The position numbers and the translations under genes are program-made. From NCBI RefSeq assembly GCF_963921235.1, contig NC_086097.1:68388001-68452000 (forward strand): a stretch of 64,000 nt of DNA, in the 5' to 3' direction. The stretch is from Mobula hypostoma. Its lineage: Eukaryota. The notes beneath the pieces are model-generated. The model was not told the DNA's origin and made no database searches. It worked only from the letters and a program-made list of their open reading frames with translations. This document shows, one piece after another, positions 25,176 to 38,669 of this stretch. The first letter of the stretch is position 1; the number at the start of each line of letters is the position of its first letter.

Positions 25176-28100
25176 TTACTTCCTTGTTCTCTTTCTTCAA
25201 AGAACATGGAAAGTAAGTCATTTGATATACAATCAACCATCATAGATTATGAGCAGTTGGCATTGTTGATACTTTAGTCAGTATATGCTGGATAACAACT
25301 TACTTACATTAGGAAGATTACAATTTAGCCAAAGGACACCTGGGTGGGTCAAAACTATATGAATTAAGTCATAAGAATTCCATCTCAACTTATTCCAGAG
25401 TTAATATTACATTCCATTACACTTACTCTCTTGACTAGATATATTACAGCTTTCTGGACTCAATAATGAATTGATCAATTTCAGATAATCAACTTTTTAG
25501 TCAGGTCATAAGTAGCCTGGTCTAATGAAAGATCATCAACATGTGATCCTAATTCATTTTCCTTTCTCCACAATAGCTTCCAGAATTCTCTCTTTTCTCA
25601 GCAACTGCCAACTTTGATTCTCACAGTTCTAGCACGAGTCCTCTTTTCATTCTGTCTTCATTCAGTTTGACATGGTCTTCACCCTTTCAAGACTATCCCT
25701 TCGTTCTCCCATTCTCTGCAACTTAAAATATGTTCAATATCTAAATTTTTCCATTTCTGATAAAAGATCATGAACTTGAAACAAGAATTTGTTTCTCCTT
25801 TTCTGGATGTATGGCTAAGCTGTAGGCATTTCCATCATGTTTGATATGAATTTCAGATTTCCAGCATCTGCAGCTCTTGTGACTAATTTTAAATCACTTT
25901 TATGAGGATTAAGTGGTAAGTCCTGTAAAACTTAGATTTGACAATGATACCCGAAGAAATTATTGATGTATTGCTTTGGAAGTAAGCACACAGCTATATT
26001 TATTATTTTATCTCTTCATTAAGGGCTGCAAATGATGGGGGGATTCTGAGGATTTATTGTTGATCAAGGTGGGTTTCCTCAAGGTCACTTCCTTCAAACT
26101 GCCCTGATTTATTTGATTACGGTGTTAAATTCAAAAGTTATGCAATTTAAGTTAATGTTGAAAAATCTCGTTGATCTTTCAATGATGAAGTGTAAATGTT
26201 TATTATTTACTGGCTGTTAATCTATATAGCAAGGAAAAATATAATTCTTGAAAGGATATGAACTATTTGCCTGAAGATGTTTTGATTCTTTTTTTTCATG
26301 GTGATAGTTTCCTTTCCAACTTACTCTTCTAAAATGTTAGCACAATACCAGTAATTTTTCTGTATAATAAATTATCTACCAACAAAAGCAATCATGCAGT
26401 AGATTAAAGGTATTGTAACAAAGATATGACATGCAATTGGTTCTGAAAGAAACAGATGTGAGTGAGAAACAAAATGTAATAATCGAAAATATAATTATAT
26501 TATTATACAAATATTAATTCATGATTTTCAGTACAGAATTTAATTGATGAATAACTTAATAACTTGTTAACCAATCTTGTGCCGAGCACGCAAATCAACA
26601 TTTAAATCTACAGGGGAAACTTTTTCATGATTATTAATTTTAGAATAAATTCCAATGTGCCAGGAAACCTTGTGCAATTTCATATTATAAACCTTTTTTT
26701 GTGATATTTTATGTGAGACTACTCATAATACTACATAATTCTTGTGTACTGTCTTTGAAGAATTTGGAAGATCAATATCAGATGCTTAAACAGAACACAA
26801 CAGGAGTCAACGAGACTGGCACCACTGAAAGAAAAACAAAGAAACTGATCTTCCTAACCTTTGTCCAGAGTCTGCTCATTCTCCAGCCAAAATGATTAAT
26901 GGACTTCCATAGGATTTGCAACAACTACACATCAAATGCAGGGAAAGCGACATTCCTAACCTTGATCTACTACTCATCATTGAAGTTGAGACACCTATTT
27001 ACCGGTTCCTGGCAAAGCCTCACAATGATTACCTGACTAGTATAGAACATATAACTGACCCAGACTTTATAGGACCCAAACACATGTGTTGGGATTGGAT
27101 CAGGCTGAGTTTATATTATAAGAAAACATCTGGATTCAGTTCATGTTTGGCAATTCCCTGCCAGACCAGCCACTCAACTATGTGAAGATGACCCACCTGG
27201 CATCACTACACCTGAACAGCACATTTGAGTCTGCCATGCAACGATAGTCAAGTCAGGTGAGATCAAGCATTAAATTCCTAAAAGGTACATAAACATGGGC
27301 TCTGATTGGAACTAGTTTTACACAAACTGATTTCAATTCACAGCAAACAGAATATTAAGTTTGTGTGGGGTTTAGTAACTTGTCATTTTCGAAGCTCTTA
27401 AAGCTTTGGAGTCTTCTTCAGTGGGATCACCATCAGAAGCCAGAAAACTCAAAGGTGAGCTATCACGAAAGTAGCAGTTTGCGAGAGCCAGATTAAGGAA
27501 AATGAAAAGCACAGAAAGATAGGAAGGCACTTCAGAAAGTGCTCGGGGAAAGAAATTGTGCAATCACTGACCTGTGAAGAATTAATTTAAAATATATTTG
27601 AATAAAATTTGATTGGTCCCCCACAGCCTCTTTTTGGATTTTTGCTGCTCCACTACAGTTCAAAAGAATTTAGTATTGGCCAGCATGCTCTGCAAATTTG
27701 TGCCACAAAATTGTAACAGGGATTTTATGTAACTTGGCAAACCACAATTTACATGCTACCTGTCCTTATACCTACAGTCATTATTTTTAATTAAAGTGTG
27801 TCACTGGAAAGTCAGTGTAAATGAACTACTAGGTGAGGCAACACCAATTTCAGCCTACTCTTTCTCCTGTTACATACTATGCAAGCATTACATATTGTTG
27901 GCCCCGATATTCTGCAATTACTTTCTTAACTATTTGCCACCTTTATCAAAAGAAGTTAGATCATTTCTTTTGCGATTGCAAGACCCTGTCAGACATTGAT
28001 AACATAAGATGCCGCAGGTCTGCTTCCTTTGTTTGGTGCATGACTAACAGTGGGACAGTGGTGTGGCCTCGAGCGTAGCAAGGGCTAGGCCTCAAGCTAA

Positions 28101-29189
28101 TGGCTTGCCTACTGCTGCAGTCCAGGTGAGAAGACGCCAGAGGTGGTGTAGCGTGGCGTTGGTGCTGGGTTGAAGGCTGGCCTCCCCTATTGGTGCTGCC
28201 CTCCAGTGTTTGATCAGTGAAATGTCAAGCTGGATTGCTGGGAAGTGTACAATCAATTTGTAGGACATGTTGCTCAGATCTTGGACTATATATGTGCTTT
28301 TTTGCATGACAATGTTTTTTTCTCACTATTTTGAATGTGCTGCATATGTTTTGCACCTTGTCCCCAGTGGAACGCTGTCTCATTCGGTTGTATCCATGTA
28401 TGGTTGAATGATAATTAAACTTGCTTTGATTTGAATTTGGGAATCATGCTGGCAGAAAGGCATTCAGAAACAACATATTGGAAAAACAGTCAAGGATTTC
28501 AAGGATAGAGAAAATACTTGACAGATATTCTTAAATCCCCTTGATAAAACGTGTTATTCTCTCCAATGCATAGAAACCCCTGACCTAAAACCACTCCACG
28601 TGGCAAAGAGCACATTCTGATTCTCTGACAGCAAAGGAGGGTTACAGAACACCCCAAAACAAACTCATCTGCCTAAGCAATCAAACACCACCTTCTCAGC
28701 TATGGTAGTGTTAGTGGATCCCCCATAGGTCTTATGGGAAACTTGAGAACTAGAGTAGATGCAAGTCAATTTCAATTACTAAAGACACCTAAGAAGATTT
28801 AAATGAAAAACAGTGAACACATCAGCAGTTTCTGAAAGTCCAATGTAATAAAGTGACAGTTAAACACTAAGATACTGTCTAATCTTAAATGGAAATATCA
28901 TCTGTTCCCTTCATAAATGCAGGTTGCAGCAAATAGGGTAAAATATATGAAACAAAACTACAATGAAGATACAGCCTTTTGATATTTCCTCACTTTCCCC
29001 TCACTTACTTGGGATGGCAAAAAAACAGCAGGTCAAACATTCTGGTTGGCAACCAAAGATCAGCAGCAAGTCCCAATGTACCAGAAATTTATGGAAGCCC
29101 TTCTTACAAATCATTCATAATTATAAATCTTTTTAACAAACAGTAATACTTCTGAAACAAGATGTGTACTTGGGGAAATACTTAGCAAC

Positions 29190-29985
29190 TAGAAATCCGA
29201 AGACAGAATCAGAACCAGGTTTATCATTAACTTACAACATGATGTGAAATTTGTTGTTTTGCAGCAGCAGTACAACAGTAAGACATGAAAATTACAGTAA
29301 ATTACAAAATAAGCAAATAGTGCAATAAAAAGGAATGATAAGGTTGTATTCGTGGGTTCATTGACCACTCCAAAATTTGACAGCAATGTGGAAAGAAATT
29401 GTTCCTGAAATGTTAAGTGTGGGTCTTCAGACTCCTGTACCACCTCCCCAGTGGTAGTAATGAGAAAGGGCATGCCTCAGACAATGAGGAACCTTAGTGA
29501 TGGATGTTTTTTATGCATGTTTTTTAAAATCTATTCAATACAGTATATGTAATTGATTTACTTGTTTATTTATTATTATTATTTATTTCATTTTTTTTTT
29601 CTCTCTGCTATATTATGTATTGCATTGAACTGCTGCTGCTAAGTTAGCAAATTTCACGTCACGTGCCAGTGATAATAAACCTGATTCTGATTCTTATTCT
29701 GCTTTCTTGAGGCATTGCTCTTGAAGATGTCCTCAATGGTGGGAAGGTTTGTGTCGCGATGGGGCTGGCAGAGCCGACAGCCTTCTGCAGCCTTCATACC
29801 AGCTGCAATGCAACCAGTCAGAATACTCCCTTTTGAAATATGCAAGAGTCTTTGGTGACATACCAAATCTTCTCAAACTCCTAATGAAGTATAGCCACTG
29901 GTGTGCCTTCTTGGTGATAGCATCAATGTGCAGGGCCCAGGAAAGATCCTCTGAGATGTTGATGTCCAGAATCAAGCTCACTGCC
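29190..29985 (-). mobile_element. Rex1/Babar LINE fragment containing a nested opposite-strand Rex1 3' end (~29510-29700)
   Basis: ISEDLSWALHIDAITKKAHQWLYFIRSLRRFGMSPKTL; nested piece ends ataataaacctgattctgattc and matches 47090-47250. Confidence 0.85.
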
Positions 29986-31744
29986 AATTACCAGTGTTTA
30001 TTGGTAGCAGTAAGGTTACCAATCATATTTTGGAAAAGAAAAACCTAAAAAAAAACTTCAGATGTTGGAAATCTAAAATAAAAACATGAAAATATGGAGA
30101 GTTTTACAGTTCTAATGAAGAGTCTTTGATCTGAAGCATTAACTCTATCTCTCTTTCCACAGATGCCATCTGGATTGGTGATTGTTTTCAATGTTTTCCA
30201 TTTTTATTTCCCACAATGTTGCTTGGCGAAGATAATCAAAACAGATTTCTCTTCATTGATTTATCAGGCTGCTCTTTGTTACTGATAGAATTGCGGAAAT
30301 GGATGACAATCTGAAGATGGATGGAGGCATTATAAGTAAAGGTACAGACATATAGTTTGAAACTTAACCTGGAGTTTAGCCTGACAACAAGCTTAGATAT
30401 GGCGTCTAGTTCAATCTTAGGCAGTTTTTAGAAGAGGAATGGAATTAGTAGCTGGGTAATAAAACTTGTGGCAAGCTGGAAGATAATCGCATAGTTTTAT
30501 CTGACATTTTATTGAAAGAAAGTGCTATATTAAATTTGCAAAAGTAATTTGTAGAAGGTAGAAGGATTATGGGAGGAGACAGTGAGGTACTACTGTGTGT
30601 CACTCATACACATACAATAACCAGTACCTGTGTCTCAGATAATGATGATGATGCAGAGACAATACACAGCTGAGAAACAGACCAGATTACGTACAATAAT
30701 TATTCTATAATTTACATTTATAAACTAATATAAATGAAATTACTTGTGTAAAATTCTAAAAAAATTATGTCATTTTTCCATAGTTCTGGGACCACATGAA
30801 TCACTATGAATTACAAACCAAACCTACATAAATGTAATTACATTTGATGAAAATTGTCTTATTTGGAGAGAAAAATTGGTTCTATAAGGAAATCAGTAAT
30901 TCGGATGATACTAAAAGCAACCTCCTTGTTGTGGAAAACCTCTAGGGACAGAATCAGCCTTCAGTAATTAGTTTTATAATTACTGCTGTTAGAATTACTA
31001 TCATTCAACTTTTGTTGCAATATGGATTGGGAATGAGTTTCCCTTATCCACTGATGCCTAAGTAGCAATTTATTTACATATAGTAATTTGAGAATTTCTT
31101 GTCACATTTTTGCCTAGGTCAAACTGCACCATTAACACTCAAGATATGCCTTTAACTGTAACCACGCTTACAATCATTATTTAACAACCTCAGCAAACTT
31201 ATGGAACACCTGTAAAGAAAAATATTTTATATAATGGTTCATCAATCAATATTAAACATATTAAGGTGAGCCGACAATCACCACTTTTTACATCAAAACA
31301 ACGTGGGTCTAAGGCTACCAGCACAAAATTCTGGGAATATTAAAGTGAATAGGAATCAGGAGGAACATTATGCACTGGAGTCATTCCAAGCACAAAGGAA
31401 CCTGGCTCAATCGTTCTGCAGCTGTTTCTCAGGGTAGTATCATGTAACCAGTATCTTCAGCATGCTTCCTCAATTGCTTACTCCCTACTGTGTGGTTAGA
31501 AGAGGGGAAGCTGACTCATTCGATTTTAGATGCAATTCCTCTGAATAAAATAGCAATCCTTGCACTTGTAAACCATGGACTGGGAACCATTCACATTTGG
31601 GCTAATAGGTAGCCAATAATGTTTGTGGCATCCAGGTCTCTGGAAATGACTATCTCCAACATCTCAACTGGCACACTTAATATTCAACAGCTCATTGTTG
31701 TTGAATTTACTATCAACAAGATCCTGGGTATTATAATTGACATC

Positions 31745-32915
31745 AGACCCTAGCAAGACATCAGGCCTGATGGTGAATCTGGCAGGGTACTGAAAGGTTG
31801 TGCAAACCAACTGTCTACAATGTTGAAGGACATCTTCAATCTCTCACTGCTGCAGTCAGAGGCTCCCACCTGCTTCAAAAGAGCATCAATCATATCAGTT
31901 CCCAAGAAGTATAGGGCGAGCTGCCTCAATACTATTATCCGGTACCACTCATATCTATTGTGAATAAGTTCTTTGAGAGGTTGATTATGGCTAGAATTAA
32001 TACCTATCTGAGCAAGGACCTAGGCCCACTGCAATTTGCCTATCACCATAACTGGCCTACAGCAGATGCAATATCATTGACTCTCCAGTCAGCCTTGGTC
32101 TACCTGGACAACAGCAATATCTACGTCAGGCTTCTGATTTTTGATTACAGCTCGGCATTCAACACCATCATCCCATTAGCAATAATCAAAAATGCTTCAG
32201 AATGTGGGCTTCTATATCCACTGATCAGGAGATCAGTCAATGATCAGTAATAACATCTCCACCTCACTGACAATAAACACAGGCACACCTCAAGGATATG
32301 TGCTTATCCCACTGCCCTACTCTCTCTATAGCCATGACTGTGTGGCTCGGCACAGCAATCACATAGTAGGCACCCCGGCAGCTCTACTTCATTAGGAGAT
32401 TAAGGAGATTTGGTTTGCCACCAAAGACTCTTGCAAATTTCTACAGATGTGCTGTGCAGAGTAATCTGACTAATTGCATCACCATGTGGTTCAGAGGTTC
32501 CAACACATGGGATCATGAGAGATTTGTAGATTCAGTCAGCTCCAACATGGGCATAAGCCTTCCCTCACTGGAGACGTTTTCAAAAGGTAGTGCCCCAAAA
32601 AGGTGACATCCATCATTAAGGACCATCATTATCTGGAATATGTCATCTTCTCATTATTACCATGGGGGGTGGGGTGAGGGAGGTTCAGGAGTCTAAAACT
32701 GCACACTAAACATTTTACTAACAGCTTTTTCCCCTCTGCCATCAGATTTCTAATGATCCATGAAACCAAAAACACAACCACAGTATTCCTCTTTTACACT
32801 GCTTACTTATTGGTTATAGTAATCATAACATTTAATGCCTTGCACTGTACTGCTGCCACAAAGCAACAAATTTCAGGACATACATCAGAGATAATAACCT
32901 TGATTCTGATTCAGA
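31745..32915 (+). mobile_element. Rex1/Babar LINE, internally deleted
   Basis: PLQFAY...TADAIS...YVRLLIFDYSSAFNTIIP; tail gattctgattc. Confidence 0.9.
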
Positions 32916-32919
32916 TATA

Positions 32920-33270
32920 AGAAATTGACAGAAGAATAGACCATTTGTATCTGCTTTGACTTTCAGTAAGTTCACAGCTAGTCTTTTAGCTCAGCCCCAT
33001 CTTACAAATAAATCGTTTATTCCTCGATTCCTGCAAGCAACATCAAAAATCCCTTAGTGTTGGTCTTGAATATATTCGGCAGTTGAATCTTCATAGACCT
33101 CTTGTATCAATAATTCCACATATTCACGACCCTCTGGGTAAAGATATTTCTTTTCATTTAAGTTCTGAAGAGCCAAAGCCTTATGTTAAGATTGTGGCCA
33201 CTGGTGCTCAACACTTCAGGCAGGGTAAACATTTACATCTATCCTGTCAAACCCCATAAAAATTTTATAT
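32920..33270 (-). mobile_element. Old CR1-type 3' fragment
   Basis: aattccacatattcacgaccctctgggtaaagatattt = reverse strand of the F..RVVN.WN motif. Confidence 0.55.
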
Positions 33271-33938
33271 ATATCAGTGATATTGCCTCAATCTTCAAAA
33301 TTGAATCTGCCAAGTACACAGTTTGTTGCTATGCCATGGTGGAAGCTGTTCTTGTCCCAACAGTTTGGACATTATATGACAGGAACACAAGGTTTTGTTT
33401 TTTTTTTCTTTACGGTAATGTAATCAGATTCTCTCCATCCTACCTTCAGATGGAGTTTAAAGCAATCATTGCACATAGCGTGCAGGTTGCATTTACAGAT
33501 GGGGTTTATTCTCAAAAAATTAGGTCTCCACCAGTTCAAAAATGAAACTTTTTGTTTCTTTTCTGAAATAATTTCATTTTTTTCCTCTTGGCCCTGGCAT
33601 GATTTCCACTGGTATTGTAGGAATCAATTGTGGAATTAGCTGTGTCAATCTATTTTATATCTACTTATTAATATAGGGGATGTAAACAATACAACTTGAC
33701 TATTTATCAAAAAGTAACTGTTGACAGTTACTAGAAAACTGCTTTAGACTATTTTAACTATCTCCCATAAAAGTGACAGCATTATGAAATGCTACTATTT
33801 TACAAAGCATGAAAACAATTTATGTTATAGGATGGAGGGTCAACTACACATTTCTGTACATTGCAGTGTGTAAGTTATGTGTGTGCCATGGCAAAGGTGG
33901 AAATTTTCAAATTTACAGATAAAACTATAAGACATCGA

Positions 33939-35128
33939 AGCAAACACGAGGAAATCTGCAGATGCTGGAATTTCAAGCAACACACACAAAAAATGCTGGT
34001 GAACGCAGCAGGCCAGGCAGCATCTATAGGAAGAGGTACAGTCCATGTTTCAGGCCGAGACCCTTCGTCAGGAGTAACTGAAAGAAGAGACAGTAAGAGG
34101 TTTGAAAATTGGAGGGGAAGGGGGAGATCTGAAATGATAGGAGAAGACAGGAGGGGGAGGAAATGAGCTAAGAGCTCGAAAGGTGATTGGCAAAAGGGAT
34201 ATGAGGCTGGGGAAGAGAGAGGATCATGGGACGGGAGGCCTAGGGAGAAAGAAAGGGGGAGGGGGGAGGCCCAGAGGATGGGCAAGGAGTATAGTGAGAG
34301 GGACAGAGGGAGAAAAAGGAGAGAGGGAAAAATAAATAAATAACGGATGGGGTACGAAGGGGAGGTGGGGCATTAACGGAAGTTAGAGAAGTCAATATTC
34401 GTGCCATCAGATTGGAGGCTACCCAGATGGAATATATGGTGTTGTTCTTTCAACCTGAGTGTGGCTTCATCTTGACAGTAGAGGAGGCCGTGGATAGACA
34501 TATCAGAATGGGAATGGGACGTGGAATTAAAATGTGTGGCCACTGGGAGATCCTGCTTTCTCTGGTGGACAGAGTGTAGGTGTTCAGTGAAACATCTCCC
34601 AGTCTGCATCGGGTCTCGCCAATATACAGAAGGCCACATCGGGAGCACCGGACGCAGTATATCACCCCAGCCGACTCACAGGTGAAGTGTCACCTCACCT
34701 AGAAGGACTGTCTGGGGCCCTGAATGGTGGTGAGGGAGGAAGTGTAAGGGCATGTGGAGCACTTGTTCCGCTTGCAAGATTAAGTGCCAGGAGGGAGATC
34801 GGTGGGGAGGGATGGGGGGACGAATGGACAAGGGAGTCGCGTAGGGAGCAATCCCTGTGGAAAGCCGGGGGGGGGGGGAGGGAAAGATGTGCTTAGTGGT
34901 GGGATCCTGTTGGAGGTGGTGGAAGTTACGGAGAATTATATGTTTAACCCAGAGGCTGGTGGGGTGGTGGTGAGGACAAGGGGAACCCTATTCCTAGTGG
35001 GGTGGCAGGAGGATGGAGTGAGTGCAGATGTGCGTGAGATGCGTTTGAGTGCAGAGTTGATGGTGGAGGAAGGGAAGCCCCTTTCTTCAAAAAAGGACAT
35101 CTCCTTCATCCTGGAGTGAAAAGCCTTT
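33939..35128 (-). mobile_element. 5'-truncated Penelope-like element (RT C-terminus, GIY-YIG endonuclease, 3' terminal region with mutated hammerhead)
   Basis: IYCVRCSRCGLLYIGET (GIY-YIG with CxxC); AFHSRMKEMSFFEERGFPSSTI; DLPVATHFNSTSHSHSDM; hammerhead core at 34040-34075. Confidence 0.92.
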
Positions 35129-35239
35129 TCATTTTCATTCGTCCCCATAACCCTTAACACTCTTACTCTATCAATCTCCATTTAAAATATACCCAATGAC
35201 TTGGTCTCCACAGCCATCTGTGGTAGAGTAGAGCTACTA

Positions 35240-36262
35240 GGACTTGATGTTTCAATCCCGATGGTAAGTCGGCACTCTCGATGTTGGCAGTGGGCTTGGA
35301 GTGGTGACAAGGAAGGAGGGTAGATACGTCATTGGGGTCATCAGGTGGGCACTCTCCTTCTTTGACGTTTCATTGATAAGCCTACAACGTCTTCAGAGGG
35401 CTCAACAGTGCTATCTGGTGTCCCAGATACACCCCCCTCAGTTCCATACCCTCCTGTCTTCATCTTGCAGCCCAGTTGTTGTCTTTCCTTTTAATCCAAA
35501 TCCAATTGCTGCTTTCTTCTGCTGCATTTGAGAAGGACTTGATTGCTTGTTGGAGGGAGTGACCCCTCACCCCCATCTTCTTCAATAAACTGGTTGTAGA
35601 TGTAGCAACGAATCCCCTGCATCCCACTTCTAGAGGGAAAATCTTAGTCTTGCAGCCATTCTGAGCAGCTTCAGTTGCCAGTTCAGAGTACTTGGTCTTT
35701 TTCCTCTCGTAAGCTTCTTCGACACCATCTTCCCATGGTACTGTCAATTCCACAATATATGCCAGCTTGGCTGTTGTTGACCACAGGACCATGTCTGGCC
35801 GGAGTGTTGTAACCACAATGTCTGGGGGACACACAAGCCTTTTTTCCAAGTCCACATCCATTTTCCAATCCCGAGCAACCTGCAGAATGCTTACATCTTT
35901 TGATGTTATATGGTGCTCTAGAGGTTGGCCTGCTGGTACAAATCATGTGATGTGGACATTTCCTGCCGATGTTTGTGGGAGAGCATTTGTGGTGATTCGC
36001 CTCTGTTCCAAGATTGATGCCAGCTGTCTGAGAACTTGGTTATGCCGCCAAATGTACCGCCCCTGGGTGAGGCTCGTGGCGCATCCTGTTAAGATGTGCC
36101 TTAACATCTGATCCAGTGATCCAGGTGCTTGACAAAGAAAGCAAGCGGGGTCTTCCCCCCACCACTGGTTCAGGTTCTGGGGTGTGGGTAGGAGGTCGTA
36201 AGTGGCTCTGATGACAAAACTTAGCCGAGATCCCTCCATCTCCCAGATGTCACGCCAGCTAA
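35240..36262 (-). mobile_element. R2-superfamily non-LTR element 3' part with restriction-like endonuclease (Hero-like), inserted into a CR1 fragment
   Basis: CCHC knuckle CFLC..LRHILTGC, WRHNQVL, RPDMVLWS..IVELTVPWE..AYERKKTKY..PLEVGCRGF; flanked by the halves of a CR1 tail (gccatctgtggt at ~35220, gaattccacagatt at ~36268). Confidence 0.85.
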
Positions 36263-37229
36263 GTAACGAATTCCACAGATTTACCACCCTCTGGCTAAAG
36301 AAATTTCTCCCCATCTCTACTCTGATTCTCAAGATGAGGAACTTGACTATCTATCTTAAAGGAGCTACCATTGAAGGTTCACTGGGAAAATGCTGTTTTG
36401 TTTTATGGGAAAATGGTATGATTCTGCATTATTAAAGTAGCAGATGATAGGGCATTGCCAAAGACGTTGGCAATTTTTAAAATATCTCACTTGGGGCAAA
36501 AGAATCCCAAACAGGTTCAATATCATTGACATAGATCATGAAATTTGTTGTTTTCGCAACAAGAGTGCAATACATGAAAAATTGCGATAGGTAACATTGA
36601 GAATTATTGTAGTTCTACTGAGACTAATGGGACTTGAGCTCCAATCTTCTTTTCCAGTATGGATGGAAATGGACTTTGCATGACCTGTGACCTCATTAGG
36701 TGTACACATGTACAAGTGAGATGAGTTACCTGTCAGGTGAGATAAAGTGGAGTACACTTGAGAAAGCCTGGTCCAATTTTGTAATTGACACAATTATACC
36801 CAGAAGTGATTGCTACTGTGAACAATCCAGAATAAAATCAACACTGGATGGCAGAGAGTTGAGAAAGCAGAGGCTATACAATTTAAATTCTCGGCTTATT
36901 GCTCTTCTCTTCTGCTTGTCTTTCATGAACATTGTCTGTTTCTTTCTCACCACTCCTTTGTTTAACTCTATTATTTTCCTTTTTTGTCTGTAAGAGGTGG
37001 TATAACATGTGATGGTGAGATGAGCAAGATCTTAAAATTCAAGCACTTGATCTGGATATTAGAAATTGCAGTTATGTAATGAAAGAAAAATAACATAAAG
37101 AAAACTTTAATTCACTTTTGCATAATTTGTGCTATAAAGATAATATAGTGCCACTTACTGACCTGAAACTGTAATTACATTGTGAGTACTAGCAGTTTAG
37201 ATGGTATTCTCTCGCTAGAAATACATTGA

Positions 37230-37963
37230 CATGGAAGTGTACCAGTTCACAGAAATGGAGGGAGTTCGGATGGAAAAACTTGATAAGATATTTTATTACA
37301 CTTTCTCAGAAATCCCGTCATGATGGTAACCTCCCTGATTGCTGGAAAAATTGTGGAAATCAGAATGCAAACCATTATCATATTTTCTGGGACTGTCCCG
37401 TTATCAAAAACTATTGGAGTGGGATACACAATGCCCTACAACACATCTTTAATATGAAATACCCTTAGAAAGTAAGACCATATATTTTGGGTATATACCT
37501 CAAGAATGGTTGAAAAGAGATAAATATTAAATGAATATACTGCTGGTCGCTGGTAAAAAGACTCTTACCAGGAAATGGTTATCACAGGAGAGCCCAACTT
37601 TAAATGCATGGATTGAAATTACAATGGACATTTACAAAATGGAGAAGATAACAGCATCCGTTAATCATAAGTTGGAACAATTTGATTCATACCGGGAAAA
37701 ATGGTTTAACTACATACCACCTCATAGGCCTGATTTTATTCTCACAAATCAATGAATATGTTGTAAAAAAAAGATCACTCCCTACTTGTACATAGTTTTC
37801 TCCTTTTGCTTGTTCTTTCTTTCCTCTCTTTTCTGTAAGTGTATACCTCAGATAAATATTATGTAGAGATTTGTGGCATATATATGTGCAATATCTGAAA
37901 TACATCTTATGGAAATGTTTGTTTGATGATGAGCTTCAATAAAAAATAAATTACAAAAAAAAA
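37230..37963 (+). mobile_element. 5'-truncated L1-clade LINE with poly(A) tail and 13-bp TSD
   Basis: CWKNCG...HIFWDCP zinc knuckle; AATAAA plus A-tail; agaaatacattga duplicated at 37217-37229 and 37964-37976. Confidence 0.9.
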
Positions 37964-38144
37964 AGAAATACATTGAGAGCAGCTAAAAATCCAAATATTA
38001 CACTAAAAGGTAAGATGTTGAAGGGAGTTAGTGCACAAAAGCATAATATCCTTCTTAAGCTACAGATATTCACATAAACAGATTTTTTAAGGCCTCTCAA
38101 GCAAAGAACATTTAATTTTTGGGGCATTTCAGACATGTAAAAGT

Positions 38145-38572
38145 CATGAACATAAGAACATAAGAAATAGAAGCAGGAGTAGGTCATCTGGCCTGTCGAG
38201 CTTGCTCTACCATTCAATAAGATCATGGCTGATCTGGCCATGGACTCATCACCACCCGCCTGCTTTTTCCCCATAACACATCATTCCCTTTCTATGCAAA
38301 AATCTATCTAATGTTGTCTTAAGTATATTTACTGAGGTAGCCTCCACTGCTTCATTGGGCAGAGAATTCCAAGGGTTCACCACTCTCTGGGAATAGCAGA
38401 TCCTCATCATCTCCATCCTAAATCTACCCCCTTGAATCTTGAGGCTATGTCCCCTAGTCTAGTCTCACCTACCAGCGGAAACAACTTTCCTGCCTCTATC
38501 TGATCTATCCCCTTCATAATTTTATATGTTTCTATGAGATCTCCTTTTATTCTTCTGAATTCCAGCGAGTAC
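38145..38572 (-). mobile_element. CR1-type LINE 3' end
   Basis: YSLEFRRIKGDLIETYKIMKGID; (aacataag)n tail. Confidence 0.9.
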
Positions 38573-38669
38573 TGCAACTGCTGCGTGCACTCAAGTGTGC
38601 GAGTTTGTGTGTGTGTATGAGAGAATGAGGGAGAATAGATAGAAAGATTCAATCAGACATTGGAAAAAC

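Noticed and set aside
25510..25880. Hammerhead-like motifs here and at about 5170, 30110, 38770, 39360 and 57690
   Set aside because: Old Penelope termini whose CUGANGA or GAAA boxes are mutated (e.g. ctaatga...gaag at 30110); not credible active ribozymes.
27370..27610. Possible LTR fragment
   Set aside because: No paired TG..CA termini or TSD could be identified.
34790..35010. G-rich tracts that could form G-quadruplexes
   Set aside because: Simply the antisense strand of the C-rich Penelope ORF; no sign of an independent function.
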